The notes under the pieces: model-generated
Told to the model about the DNA's origin: nothing
Database searches by the model: none
Seen by the model: the letters and a program-made list of their open reading frames with translations, nothing else
In this document: piece by piece, positions 24,886 to 34,279 of the stretch
Position numbering within the stretch: position 1 is the stretch's first letter
Layout of the letters: every line of letters begins with the position of its first letter
Virus record (IMG/VR): IMGVR_UViG_2839589109_000007
Span: 3,871 to 67,870 of that record
Direction: 5' to 3' (one strand)
DNA from: a virus
Taxonomy: Duplodnaviria; Caudoviricetes
DNA: 64,000 nucleotides
Program-made: the position numbers and the translations under genes

Positions 24886-26598
24886 CTAAAAATCAATATC
24901 CGTATCAAAGACATCAAAATGATCAGCGTTGAATCCCTCTGGTTTTGGGCGACCTGCCGGGTTGTCATTCCATTCGCTTGGTGTGCCTGCTTTTACCGTA
25001 AAGTCATAAGCCCTTACCCGCTGCCAGCGCCCGTCTTGAATAACTTCTATACGACAAGGTTCTTTCATATCCCGAACCACATTAATCCGGTTCAGTGCAT
25101 CGTCGGTGAATTCTGGGCAGGGTTCATGGTTAAAGCGTTTCACCCACCAGATCACGGCTTTCTGTCGTGCATAACCGCCATATTCAAAGCAGACCCATTC
25201 ACGGATTGTTTCCAGGCCGCAGCGATAAGAGACCTGCATCGAGGGTGGTTTGCCTGTTTTCTCATGAAGGGTGTAAATGATTTCATCCACATCAAACCAT
25301 TCCGGTTCAATCTGGTTCGCCAACAGTGCGGCGCTGGATGCTTCTGCTTCATGCTTTTCCCGTTCCGGGAATTCATAGTGGCAGGCAGGGCAGATTTGCA
25401 GGCCTGCAAGAATCAGTTCAAAGCATTCCGGGCATTCCTTAACCGGCGGTTCTCCGGAGCCTTTACCTGCTTTTATATGGTCAACAGTGATGCGGTCAAT
25501 CGGTCCATGGCGTTCAACGTTGCCGCCATAATCCAGTACCAGGCAATCCGTCTTTCCAGTCTCAGGGCTGATGCGAAGGCCTCGTCCTAAAATCTGAACA
25601 TACAGTCCGGGAGATTTAGTGGCTCGAAGCAGAGCAATCATATCGGTCAGAGGGGCATCAAAACCGGTGGTCAGGACGCCTTGGCTGGTAAGCGCTTTTA
25701 TCTTTCCTGCTTTATAGTTTGCCAGAATCCGAGTCCGGTCATCTTTTGGGGTTTCTCCGGTGAGGCATTCGGCCTCAACACCCTCAGCTACCAGTAATTC
25801 TTTGACCTGTTCAGCATGTGCCACACTGACGCAGAAGATCAGCCATGCTTTCCGCTCCTGACCGTACTGAATGATTTCTGTCACCGCTTTTTCGGTGACA
25901 TCGTTTTTGTTGACTGCGGCTTCCATATCACTGGTGCGATAATCGCCCTGCCGGGTTCTGACGCCAGTAAGATCAATTTTCTTTTTTCCAGCTTTGGAAC
26001 GCAGAGGCGATAGAAAACCATCGTCAATTAATCGCTGAATGTCGGTCTCGTAGACAATCTCATCAAACAGGGGCTGCTTTCCTTCCGTCAGTAAACCCTG
26101 TTTCATGCGGTAGGGAGTGGCCGTAAAACCAATAATTTTCAGTGCAGGATTCATGTCCCGAAGACCAGCAATCAGTCGAGAGTACATCGTTTCTGAGCTT
26201 TCACTATTGAGCAGATGGCATTCATCAATAACGAGTAAATCACAATGACCTAATTCCTCAGCCCGTTTATGAACACTCTGGATGCTGGCAAACAGTATCT
26301 GAGCATCAGTATTGCGGGAATTCATAGAGGCCGAGTAAATACCCGTCGGAGCCTCCGGCCACTGGGCAACAATCTTTTCATGGTTCTGTTCAATGATCTC
26401 TTTCACATGGGAAAGAACCAGGAACCGCTGATCTGGCCATTTATTCAGAACCCCGTGGATAAAGTCAGCAATAATCACAGACTTGCCACCACCGGTACTG
26501 ACGCAAACCAGCGGGTTGCCATTGGCGGCGCTGAAATACTGATAGATGGCATCAATAGCCTCCCGCTGATACCAGCGGAGCTCAAAAGCCACGATCAA
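24886..26598 (-). CDS. SF2 DEAD/DEAH-box helicase
   Basis: LRWYQREA Q-motif, STGGGKS, IDECH, GFTATP, LTTGFDAP, QILGRGLR; C-terminal CPEC...CPAC. Confidence 0.95.
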   Translation of the reverse strand: MIVAFELRWYQREAIDAIYQYFSAANGNPLVCVSTGGGKSVIIADFIHGVLNKWPDQRFLVLSHVKEIIEQNHEKIVAQWPEAPTGIYSASMNSRNTDAQILFASIQSVHKRAEELGHCDLLVIDECHLLNSESSETMYSRLIAGLRDMNPALKIIGFTATPYRMKQGLLTEGKQPLFDEIVYETDIQRLIDDGFLSPLRSKAGKKKIDLTGVRTRQGDYRTSDMEAAVNKNDVTEKAVTEIIQYGQERKAWLIFCVSVAHAEQVKELLVAEGVEAECLTGETPKDDRTRILANYKAGKIKALTSQGVLTTGFDAPLTDMIALLRATKSPGLYVQILGRGLRISPETGKTDCLVLDYGGNVERHGPIDRITVDHIKAGKGSGEPPVKECPECFELILAGLQICPACHYEFPEREKHEAEASSAALLANQIEPEWFDVDEIIYTLHEKTGKPPSMQVSYRCGLETIREWVCFEYGGYARQKAVIWWVKRFNHEPCPEFTDDALNRINVVRDMKEPCRIEVIQDGRWQRVRAYDFTVKAGTPSEWNDNPAGRPKPEGFNADHFDVFDTDIDF

Positions 26599-27058
26599 AA
26601 CCCTTCATCTGGTTAATGATCTGATTGGCTACGCGCTCAGTCGCTTTGCGGTCAGTGGTTGTTGGTATCCCGTCGCTTGTCTTCCTCACCTGAAGCATTT
26701 TATCCGCAATGCTGTAGGCAAAATTTACGGCTGGCTCAATGGCCGTGCCCCGGTTGCAGGTAAACTCCCCCATCAGCGCAGCAATGGCAAACAGATCCCT
26801 GAGTTGGATAGATTGGCTTTTAAACTGTTCTAACTGGTTTTCCAGGTTGTTGATGGTTTCATCGCAAGCCGCTTGAGCGTATTGATCAAAAGAAGCGGTA
26901 TCTTCGATCAGATAATGAGAGACCTGCGGGTAGAAATTGCCTTGCTGGTAGTCTGTTATGCACAGCCCACTGTCCCCATTGAGACCAACCAGGTCAATCT
27001 GGTCTTCTGCAGGTGGATTGCTTACAGGTATGAAGCGATAGCGTTTGGAATGATCCAT
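26582..27058 (-). CDS. Phage hypothetical protein with LRDxFA...AYxxADxML motif
   Basis: LRDLFAIAALMG...AYSIADKMLQVR, a recurrent small phage motif of unknown function. Confidence 0.7.
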   Translation of the reverse strand: MDHSKRYRFIPVSNPPAEDQIDLVGLNGDSGLCITDYQQGNFYPQVSHYLIEDTASFDQYAQAACDETINNLENQLEQFKSQSIQLRDLFAIAALMGEFTCNRGTAIEPAVNFAYSIADKMLQVRKTSDGIPTTTDRKATERVANQIINQMKGFDRGF

Positions 27059-27073
27059 TGCTCATTTTCCTTC

Positions 27074-28126
27074 TCATTGATTATTTTCAATCGTTCCATC
27101 GAACTGGGTTTTCAGCCCTGCCAGCTTTTCATCCGTCAGCAGGCGTTTGTCTTCTACTGCCTGAATTTCCCGGGAGGAAAACTGCCCTTTATCCGTACCG
27201 GTAACAAACTCTTCGCCGGTAGACTTCAGGCGATAGCGTATCCAGTACTCACCGCTATCAGTGGGCTCGGCAAATTGCTCTAACAGGTAGGGGTTATAGA
27301 GGTGGAGTTCACAGCCGGACTTCTGAACAGATTCCGGAATATCCATATCATGACGGGCGCAGTGCCACTCACCTTCCTCAATTGGAGTGCTGTGCATACA
27401 GGTACGACAATTAACCGCAGGGGCTTCCTGACCATGGCAGATGGCCTGGTGGTCACAGAATTTGCAAAGGTACCAGCTGGGGTCTTCGGTGATTTTGCAC
27501 AGCGGACGGTCACTGGCAATAATGCCCTCGGCCTTTTGTAACGTTGCCTTACCAATTACCGGGTCAAGACGAACCCGTTCACCATACAGCTCATCCGTAT
27601 TCTTATTCACAGCTATATAGAAGGCTCTGGTCAGTTGGGGATTGGCCAGATACATATAGACCTGCATCTGAATAAAGTGCTCTGGCTTGGCTTCCTGCAC
27701 TCCCTTCTTAACCAGGTTATTGAAGGATTTTTCATTGTGGGTTTTCATCTCGATCAGGTGCCAGGTTTTGGGGGCTTCGATAAAGCCCAGACCCACACCA
27801 TCAAATGAACCACCAAAATGGCCGTTGCAGGCTGAGACTCTGAACTGTTTGCCGGTGGCAGGATCGGTTTCAAATACCTTTATTCCGATACTGCGCAGAT
27901 CAGATACGAATCGTTCCTCTGCCAGATGACCAGTTTGAAAGAGTCGCAGCAGTTGGCCACCATGCTTTACATCAGAACACCAGCGAAAGGTATACCAGAG
28001 TGCCCGGTCACAGGGGCGACCAATAATTGAACCGCCCAGATGCGCCCGCATTACACCACCCTGGTTGTCCTCATAATGCCGGATAATCGCTTTGATGGTC
28101 GTTTTGTTGGATTCGGGGATTTTCAC
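27074..28126 (-). CDS. Cas4-like PD-(D/E)XK exonuclease (phage recombination)
   Basis: IGRPCDRALWY, TGHLAE, GSFDG, IEMKT, QMQVYM, CKFCDHQAIC Fe-S cysteines. Confidence 0.88.
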   Translation of the reverse strand: MKIPESNKTTIKAIIRHYEDNQGGVMRAHLGGSIIGRPCDRALWYTFRWCSDVKHGGQLLRLFQTGHLAEERFVSDLRSIGIKVFETDPATGKQFRVSACNGHFGGSFDGVGLGFIEAPKTWHLIEMKTHNEKSFNNLVKKGVQEAKPEHFIQMQVYMYLANPQLTRAFYIAVNKNTDELYGERVRLDPVIGKATLQKAEGIIASDRPLCKITEDPSWYLCKFCDHQAICHGQEAPAVNCRTCMHSTPIEEGEWHCARHDMDIPESVQKSGCELHLYNPYLLEQFAEPTDSGEYWIRYRLKSTGEEFVTGTDKGQFSSREIQAVEDKRLLTDEKLAGLKTQFDGTIENNQ

Positions 28127-28153
28127 AATGATTCGCCTTCCCTGGCTCTGAGC

Positions 28154-28294
28154 CTATTTCTGCTTTCTGTTTAACCGTCTGGCAATTCGCTGGGCTTTGC
28201 GCTTTCGCTTTCTCTCTGTTTTGGAGGGTCGTCGTTTGGTGAATCGGGCTTTATCCAGCTTTCGGGCGGAGGTGCCCGTTGAATTGAAAAACAT
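28154..28294 (-). CDS. Unannotated 46-aa Arg/Lys-rich peptide
   Basis: MFFNSTGTSARKLDKARFTKRRPSKTERKRKRKAQRIARRLNRKQK, translated by hand; AGGA SD 9 nt upstream. Confidence 0.55.
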   Translation of the reverse strand: MFFNSTGTSARKLDKARFTKRRPSKTERKRKRKAQRIARRLNRKQK

Positions 28295-28312
28295 AACTTT
28301 CTTTCCTGGATG

Positions 28313-28330
28313 AAGGGGGCAAGCCCCCTT
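28313..28330 (-). other. Stable hairpin with CUUG loop after DUF669 gene
   Basis: AAGGGGG-CTTG-CCCCCTT on the minus strand; no clear U tract. Confidence 0.5.
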
Positions 28331-28339
28331 GATGAATGG

Positions 28340-28849
28340 CTATTTTTGTCCCCACGGTGGCGCAGCGTACTGAGTGGCTGGATGGGCTGCTTGTTGGGCT
28401 GGCGCAGGGTTGTGGGCTGGTGTCTGCTGCTGAGGTGCAGGGGCATTCTGCATGGGCTGACCACCCACATTGATCCATTTTTTTACTTCATTTTTAGGGC
28501 CATAACCCGGATCATTCTTGACCACCACCCGAATCCGAACCACCTGATTCAATAGTTGATCCGTGTCGCTGATCATTGGCTGACCAATGGCGTGAGCAAT
28601 TCGGCTGAGTTCTTTCCTGCCGATTTCCTCTGCCCTGGGGCTCCGGTTTTCAATGTTGTGTTGTGACCAGAGTTTCCGGCTCTCATGCGGTCCTTCCATA
28701 ATGGTGTAGGTCAGTTTCACCATACGACCGCCAGTTTTAGTGTTTTCCAGCGATGATTCGGTGATCATGGTCAGGTACTCACCAGCCGGTAGCGGCTCAA
28801 ATTCATCGGTGGGATCGTAGTCACCGGCGTTAAAACCTAACTGTGCCAT
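28340..28849 (-). CDS. DUF669 family protein (phage SSB-like)
   Basis: FEPLPAGEYLTMITES...EGPHESRKLW, NEVKKW, Pro/Gln tail ending PPWGQK. Confidence 0.8.
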   Translation of the reverse strand: MAQLGFNAGDYDPTDEFEPLPAGEYLTMITESSLENTKTGGRMVKLTYTIMEGPHESRKLWSQHNIENRSPRAEEIGRKELSRIAHAIGQPMISDTDQLLNQVVRIRVVVKNDPGYGPKNEVKKWINVGGQPMQNAPAPQQQTPAHNPAPAQQAAHPATQYAAPPWGQK

Positions 28850-28864
28850 GGGCAATCTCCTTAT

Positions 28865-29635
28865 TTATTGGCTTGGGTTATTGGTCAGTGCGTCACTAAA
28901 GGCCTGCCAGTTCAACGGCAGCTCTGGCGGCAGCCCGTAACGGTTTTTAGCAACAAAGCTCGGACGAGCTTCGGTATAGAGATAACGTTGGCCGGTGCTG
29001 ATGCCACGGGCTTTCACCTTATTGAAACCGGCTTCTTCTTTCTCAATGACGGTTTTGTAATCCGCAAACAACACGCAATCCACCGACTCCATGATCAGCT
29101 CACTGGCGCGTTTGTGAAGCTTGATCTGGTAGCGGTCATAACTGTCGGTCATTGGACTTTCAAACCGCTTGATTTCGGAATGGGCGATCAGGATAAAAGC
29201 CATGCCTTTGTCATTGCGCAGGGCAAACAGCGCATTCAACAGCTGTCGCCATAAATCCAGGGCGAACATAAAGCCTTTGCCGTAACCAAAATCTTCAACC
29301 GATTCGTAACGCTCACCTTTCGGACCAACATAGTGTTGGCAAAGGTGAATCCATAACAAGTTCTCAAGGTGATCCAGGCTATCGAGAACCACGGTTTGGT
29401 ATTTATGATCACTGCTATACAAAGCGTGAAGGGCATCCAGAACATCCTGGAAGCTTTTCATCAACGGGAACGCATCCACTTCCAGCTTGCCAAGCCCATC
29501 CTCGGTGCAAATAAAAATAGGGTTGGGCGCCCCGGCTGCCAGAGAGGTTTTCCCCACGCCAGATGAACCATGGATGACCAGTGCTGGGGCTTTAAAACCC
29601 AGTGAGCGGCTGATGGAGTTGAGTGTAATCGCCAT
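28865..29635 (-). CDS. AAA family ATPase (Sak4-like phage recombinase)
   Basis: IHGSSGVGKTS, FICTEDG, VVLDSLDHLE, LIAHS, AKNRYGLP. Confidence 0.88.
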   Translation of the reverse strand: MAITLNSISRSLGFKAPALVIHGSSGVGKTSLAAGAPNPIFICTEDGLGKLEVDAFPLMKSFQDVLDALHALYSSDHKYQTVVLDSLDHLENLLWIHLCQHYVGPKGERYESVEDFGYGKGFMFALDLWRQLLNALFALRNDKGMAFILIAHSEIKRFESPMTDSYDRYQIKLHKRASELIMESVDCVLFADYKTVIEKEEAGFNKVKARGISTGQRYLYTEARPSFVAKNRYGLPPELPLNWQAFSDALTNNPSQ

Positions 29636-30045
29636 TACTTGTCCTCCAGCCGTTCATACTTCACGGCCACTTTTTTGGGTTTGGTGGTGATGGCTTCTGC
29701 GACAATGGTGTAGTGAGCCGGATCAAGCAGCTGCAAGCTCTTCAACTGTTTGATGTTCAGTTCTACTTTGGTGCGAACAAGCCCTGCTGACAGTGATTGC
29801 GGGATACGCTTTTTGACGTCTTCCCACTTTTTCTGATCAAGGGTTCTGGTGAACCCTGCAGACGTTGTTACCTTGTAGTAGTCACCTTTGATGGACTGGC
29901 TTCCCTCATCTTTTACGCCCACCATATCGCACAACTTCTGTTCAATATCGAGGCGGTGATTCCTGGCATGCTCTTCGGATTTTTTAGCCCGCTCTAACTC
30001 GTAGGCGAGTTTGTCCAGCCGTGAAGCATCATTGCTTTCGGTCAT
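29635..30045 (-). CDS. Phage hypothetical protein of the Sak4 recombination module
   Basis: ATG overlaps with AAA gene; GDYYKVT...RTLDQ...RTKVELN...KPKKVAV. Confidence 0.7.
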   Translation of the reverse strand: MTESNDASRLDKLAYELERAKKSEEHARNHRLDIEQKLCDMVGVKDEGSQSIKGDYYKVTTSAGFTRTLDQKKWEDVKKRIPQSLSAGLVRTKVELNIKQLKSLQLLDPAHYTIVAEAITTKPKKVAVKYERLEDK

Positions 30046-30084
30046 AGCAATTCCTTTTGTTGTGGTTTTGGGGTGGGTCAGCCG

Positions 30085-30390
30085 TTAACTGGCCTGTTTA
30101 TCCTCTGATTCCAGAAGCTCTTGCAGCTCAGGGACTCGATGCAATTCGGGGTATCCCTGGTTCCCGGATGTATCAATGAGGATGCCATTGGTGGTAAACA
30201 GCGCAGGGATCTGCTTGTCCGGAAGGTTGTCTTTTAATTCTGAGAGAAGATCAATGAGCAGGTTGCGGGTCTTTTCCAGGTCATTCCGTAATTTTGCGGC
30301 ACGGAGATCAAGGGCTTGAGCTTCCTGCTCCATGGTTAATACATCGTTGGCGGTTACTCCTATTACCGTTTTCTGATCAGCAAGTGTCAT
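30085..30390 (-). CDS. Phage hypothetical protein, first gene of leftward operon of B
   Basis: 101-aa coiled-coil ORF downstream of intergenic promoter region. Confidence 0.6.
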   Translation of the reverse strand: MTLADQKTVIGVTANDVLTMEQEAQALDLRAAKLRNDLEKTRNLLIDLLSELKDNLPDKQIPALFTTNGILIDTSGNQGYPELHRVPELQELLESEDKQAS

Positions 30391-30505
30391 TGTCGCTTAC
30401 CGTTTAGAGTTATTGTTCAATCAGTAAGCATTAGACTGCCAACAGCAAAAACCGCTGTCAACGAAAAAATAAACTTTCCTAATATTTTTTGTTTTTTGTA
30501 TTTCG

Positions 30506-31132
30506 CTAAGGAAGGCAAAAACAGCCAATAGCCTGTCCGATGTAGTTATCTCTTAACACCGAAAGGGACTGAAACCGGGGGTTGTTGAACACCAGCATAG
30601 ACTGGCAGTTGAGTTCTTCATAAGTCCCCAGGACGGGTCCCTGATCCTGAAAAAGGCACACCTTACCTGCTTCAGCTGACAACTTCGGATCAATAAACAC
30701 CAGAGAACCATTGGGGTAGCTGGTACACGGCATGCCATGGTTATCCATTGATGAGCCGGTCACGGTCAGGCAGAAAGCCTGCTCACTGCAATCCACCGGA
30801 CAATTGCGCCAGGCCACATCATCCGGGGCTATCCGGTTAACCACCCAATCGGCAATATCCCCATCGGTCAAATGCGGCAGTGCCCTGCCAATACTCACTG
30901 TTGGCTCGACAGCACCTTTACCGGAGATAATGTAATGGGGATCAACATTGAGAACCGTGGCAATTTCATACTGCATTTTCAGGACATTTTTATCGGTAAA
31001 ACTGACGTTGTCCCCGAGCCAGATGGACACGGTGGGCTTTGTCACGCCCAGTTTTGCCGCCAGCTGAGTCTGTGTCATTTTTCTCTTCTTCAGGAGAACT
31101 TTTACCCTATCCTTCCAGCTCGTCATTGCCAT
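30506..31132 (-). CDS. CI-like repressor (XRE HTH + S24-like domain)
   Basis: MTQTQLAAKLGVTKPTVSIWL HTH; CPVDCSEQAFCLTVTGSSM...YPNGSLVFIDP...NNPRF. Confidence 0.9.
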   Translation of the reverse strand: MAMTSWKDRVKVLLKKRKMTQTQLAAKLGVTKPTVSIWLGDNVSFTDKNVLKMQYEIATVLNVDPHYIISGKGAVEPTVSIGRALPHLTDGDIADWVVNRIAPDDVAWRNCPVDCSEQAFCLTVTGSSMDNHGMPCTSYPNGSLVFIDPKLSAEAGKVCLFQDQGPVLGTYEELNCQSMLVFNNPRFQSLSVLRDNYIGQAIGCFCLP

Positions 31133-31299
31133 CTTCCTTATCTGTCCTGCCCCAATTATCAGGAAATAGTGAAAGTGAGTAAACCAACAAGCCTACTCCA
31201 ATACAGAAAACACTAAACATATTTGATTAAATAAGTTTATCGCGATAATAATTTAAGTCCCGACCATGAAGCCCAACACTAAACAAGGAGGTTGCGCCA

Positions 31300-31533
31300 A
31301 TGGATAAGCCTACGCCGGGAGAAATTATCAGGACTTATCGGGAATGTCGCGGTATGACACTGACCAGTTTGAGCAGAGTGCTGTACTGCTCCAAGTCTGA
31401 ACTGTCTCTGTTTGAGAACAACCGAAAGCCCATCGGCAAACTCAGAAGACTGCTCTGGTCAACCATTATCCCGGAATGGACACCGGATATGCTCACCCAC
31501 AAAGGGCAAAAGCCCTGCAATGACTGGCAATAA
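31300..31533 (+). CDS. Cro-like XRE HTH protein
   Basis: IIRTYRECRGMTLTSLSRVLYCSKSELSLFENNRK; divergent from CI; AAGGAGG SD. Confidence 0.8.
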   Translation: MDKPTPGEIIRTYRECRGMTLTSLSRVLYCSKSELSLFENNRKPIGKLRRLLWSTIIPEWTPDMLTHKGQKPCNDWQ

Positions 31534-31560
31534 CAATAACCACTCACAGGACAGCATGAC

Positions 31561-33558
31561 ATGGAAGCCAATTTGCCGGACACCGCCACACAAGCCTGGA
31601 AACTGAATGAAGCAGGACTTTCAATTGTCCCGCTCGGTTCACCTTTTGAAGAACCGCCCAATTGGTTTGTAGAAGGGCGCTGCTCAGGGGATGTCAAGAA
31701 AGCAAAAATGGAATGGCCAAAAGCACCGCGGTTTCGCTGGAAACAATATCAGGAAGAAGCCCCTGATGACAGCGCGATCGATAACTGGACAAGGCTCTAC
31801 CCGCATACCAATTGGGCCATCATTACCGGGTACAGGGTTGTGGTAGTGGATGCGGACAGTACAGAAGCGGTGCAGTTTATTGAAGAAGGTACCATTACCC
31901 GGACTCCCCTTCGCGCAAAAACCAGTAAGGGAATGCACTTCTACTATCAGGTTAACCCGGACTTTCCTATTCACAACTCCGTTCGCAAAAACAAGATCGA
32001 TTTGCGGGGAATCGGTGGTTATGTGGTTGCACCGGGCAGCACCCATGCCGACGGAACGCTCTATCAGTGGGAAACCGTTGGGTATATGGACATCTCTGAC
32101 TTTCACGACCTGCCTATGCTGACGCCTGATGATATTGCCGCCATCAATGGTTTCAATGGTCAGTCCATTGAAGATAAAACGGTGGGTGACCTGGGTTTCT
32201 CCACCGATCAATACCCTCTACCGCACGACGGAAGCAATCTGGCAGAAGGACAAGGTCGGAATAATGCAGCCGCCAGTATGGCAGGACAGCTGATCCGGCA
32301 GAATTATTCTCTCAGAGAAGTAAAAGCCATTCTGGATCAGTGGAACCAGTCTAATAATCCACCACTGTCTGATGCTGAGTTGAATACCACCATAGCCAGT
32401 ATCTCCAAAACACACACCAATAATAATCCCGGTTCATCCATTCTTATTGAGCCTCTGCCCGTTACTAAACCTGAGTTTGCCTTCAGCCATGTGAAAGAGC
32501 TGGTTAAGGGAGTCAAGCCGATCAACTGGCTTATCAAGGGTTTTCTGGAAATGGACAGTCTGTCGTTGATGTTTGGTGAACCTGCCTGCGGTAAATCGTT
32601 CTCTGCCATTGATCTGGCCTGCTGCGTGGCCACAGGGAAGGATTGGCATGGTAAGCAGGTTAAGCGTTCGGGGCCGGTCTTTTATATCGCCGGGGAAGGA
32701 TTTAATGGTCTCTCCCGTCGCCTAATGGCATGGCAGGTATCCCACGGCTACAACCTGCGAAATGCACCGATCTACATCAGCCAGTGTGCCGCCTCTCTCA
32801 CAGACCTGGGCAATGCCCGTCTGGTCAGTGCCAGTATTGAGGAAATTGTGGAAGAAACTGGTGGTGTGATTCCTTCAATGATTGTTATTGATACCCTGGC
32901 CAGAAATTTTGGTCCAGCTGACGAGAATGCCACTAGGGAGATGAATACCTTCATCAACCACATCGACCAGCTGCTCCGGGCGAAATACCAGTGCAACGTA
33001 TTGATTGTCCACCACACCGGCGTGGGATCGAAAGATCGTGCTCGTGGCAATAGTGCCCTCAAAGGTGCACTGGATGCTGAGTATGCAGTGGTGAAATCAG
33101 ACGACGAGATCACAATTACCGCCAAAAAGATGAAGGACGCAGATGAACCAGACCCCATCAAATTTCTGTTTCACCCTGTCCGGTTGCCTTTCGTGGATGA
33201 AGAAGGTGAGCCTCAATACAGCTGTATTTTGAAAGAGTACGACCCCTCCCAGCTGCAAAGCTTGAAGGTAAAAAAAGGGCTTGAAACAGTCCTTGGAGAA
33301 CGGCAGAGAAAAATTCTGGAAACATTGAATCGGCTGACCGGCAGTGCCCAGGAAAATCTGCGTAAGGACGGGCGTGATCCTTCACTGGCAAAAATTGAAT
33401 TAAGAAACCTGAAAGACGACTGCTATGAGCAGGGTTTTATTGGCTCCAAGCACTGGCGCAGAACGATTAATGCCCTGGTCGAGCGTGATTTATTAACGGT
33501 GGAAGAACCCTTTGTTCTTGTCTCTGAAAAGGGACAGGAGGCACTCAATAATGAGTAA
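31561..33558 (+). CDS. Bifunctional primase-polymerase + PriCT + RepA-type (AAA_25) helicase
   Basis: NWAIITG...VVDAD, TSKGMHFYY, IDLRGIGGYVVAPGSTH; EGQGRNNAAASMAG; FGEPACGKSF, VIDTLARNF, VHHTG, RGNSALKGALD. Confidence 0.93.
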   Translation: MEANLPDTATQAWKLNEAGLSIVPLGSPFEEPPNWFVEGRCSGDVKKAKMEWPKAPRFRWKQYQEEAPDDSAIDNWTRLYPHTNWAIITGYRVVVVDADSTEAVQFIEEGTITRTPLRAKTSKGMHFYYQVNPDFPIHNSVRKNKIDLRGIGGYVVAPGSTHADGTLYQWETVGYMDISDFHDLPMLTPDDIAAINGFNGQSIEDKTVGDLGFSTDQYPLPHDGSNLAEGQGRNNAAASMAGQLIRQNYSLREVKAILDQWNQSNNPPLSDAELNTTIASISKTHTNNNPGSSILIEPLPVTKPEFAFSHVKELVKGVKPINWLIKGFLEMDSLSLMFGEPACGKSFSAIDLACCVATGKDWHGKQVKRSGPVFYIAGEGFNGLSRRLMAWQVSHGYNLRNAPIYISQCAASLTDLGNARLVSASIEEIVEETGGVIPSMIVIDTLARNFGPADENATREMNTFINHIDQLLRAKYQCNVLIVHHTGVGSKDRARGNSALKGALDAEYAVVKSDDEITITAKKMKDADEPDPIKFLFHPVRLPFVDEEGEPQYSCILKEYDPSQLQSLKVKKGLETVLGERQRKILETLNRLTGSAQENLRKDGRDPSLAKIELRNLKDDCYEQGFIGSKHWRRTINALVERDLLTVEEPFVLVSEKGQEALNNE

Positions 33559-33583
33559 TTATTTTGATTATTTTTTGATCAGA

Positions 33584-33745
33584 AAAGAGCCCCCCTACCC
33601 ATTTTTTTCTTTTCTGATTTTAAAGAGCCCCTCTATCCCCCTGAACCCCTTTATTTTCAAGAGTTTCGGGCGAGTTGATGCCTTTAGCCGACGCACCCCA
33701 CCCCACCCACTCTCTCTATAGAGAGTGGTGGACAAGGGGGGGCAA
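33584..33745. other. Putative replication origin of prophage B
   Basis: Direct repeats AAAGAGCCCC(C/T)CTA(C/T)CC at 33584 and 33622; hairpin CCACTCTCT-CTAT-AGAGAGTGG (33707-33728); pyrimidine-to-purine strand switch just after the primase. Confidence 0.45.
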
Positions 33746-33811
33746 GGGAAGCATGGCAAAAGCGAGGGTTAGGGAGCCTTATTGGAAGGGATATTTTAAG
33801 GACAAGTAATT

Positions 33812-34279
33812 ATGAAAATAGTGATAGGAATAGATCCGGGACTGACGGGAGGTATAGCGGTTCTGGAGAGTGAGAGTAAGGAGTTAATCAAAGTCGTAGA
33901 TATGCCCATTATTCCCGAGGGAAGCAAGAAAAAAGTAAGCGGTCATGGCTTGATGAAAATATTTGGTGGCTATACCCGGCATCAGGTGGAGATGGTCTAT
34001 CTGGAAAAGGTGGGAGCAAGGCCAGGACAGGGCGTGGTCTCCATGTTTAACTTTGGCCGTTCGTATGGTGCTGTAGAAGCTGCAGTCAGCTTAATGGGTT
34101 TTCCCCTTACCTATGTAACTCCCCAACGCTGGAAACGCTCTGCTGGACTTATGGGAGCTCACAAGGATGCATCGAGAGGAAAAGTGTTAGACCTCTACCC
34201 GGAGGCTGACGTTCATCGAAAAAAAGACAATGGACGTGCTGATGCTGTGCTCATTGCCCGATATGGAGAATCGGTATGA
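33812..34279 (+). CDS. RuvC-like Holliday junction resolvase
   Basis: VIGIDPGLTGGIA, VYLEKVGARPGQGVVSMFNFG, VTPQRWK, GRADAVLIA. Confidence 0.9.
   Translation: MKIVIGIDPGLTGGIAVLESESKELIKVVDMPIIPEGSKKKVSGHGLMKIFGGYTRHQVEMVYLEKVGARPGQGVVSMFNFGRSYGAVEAAVSLMGFPLTYVTPQRWKRSAGLMGAHKDASRGKVLDLYPEADVHRKKDNGRADAVLIARYGESV

Noticed and set aside
27074-28126. Cas4-like gene as sign of a CRISPR-Cas locus
   Set aside because: No cas1/cas2 or repeat-spacer array; it lies in a Sak4/SSB/helicase phage recombination operon.
31140-31299. Operators of prophage B repressor
   Set aside because: Only short TAAAC-type matches; no convincing repeated palindrome shared with the 30391-30505 region.
33512-33721. ORF after the primase as a real gene
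   Set aside because: Low-complexity translation of a repeat- and hairpin-rich tract better explained as a cis element.
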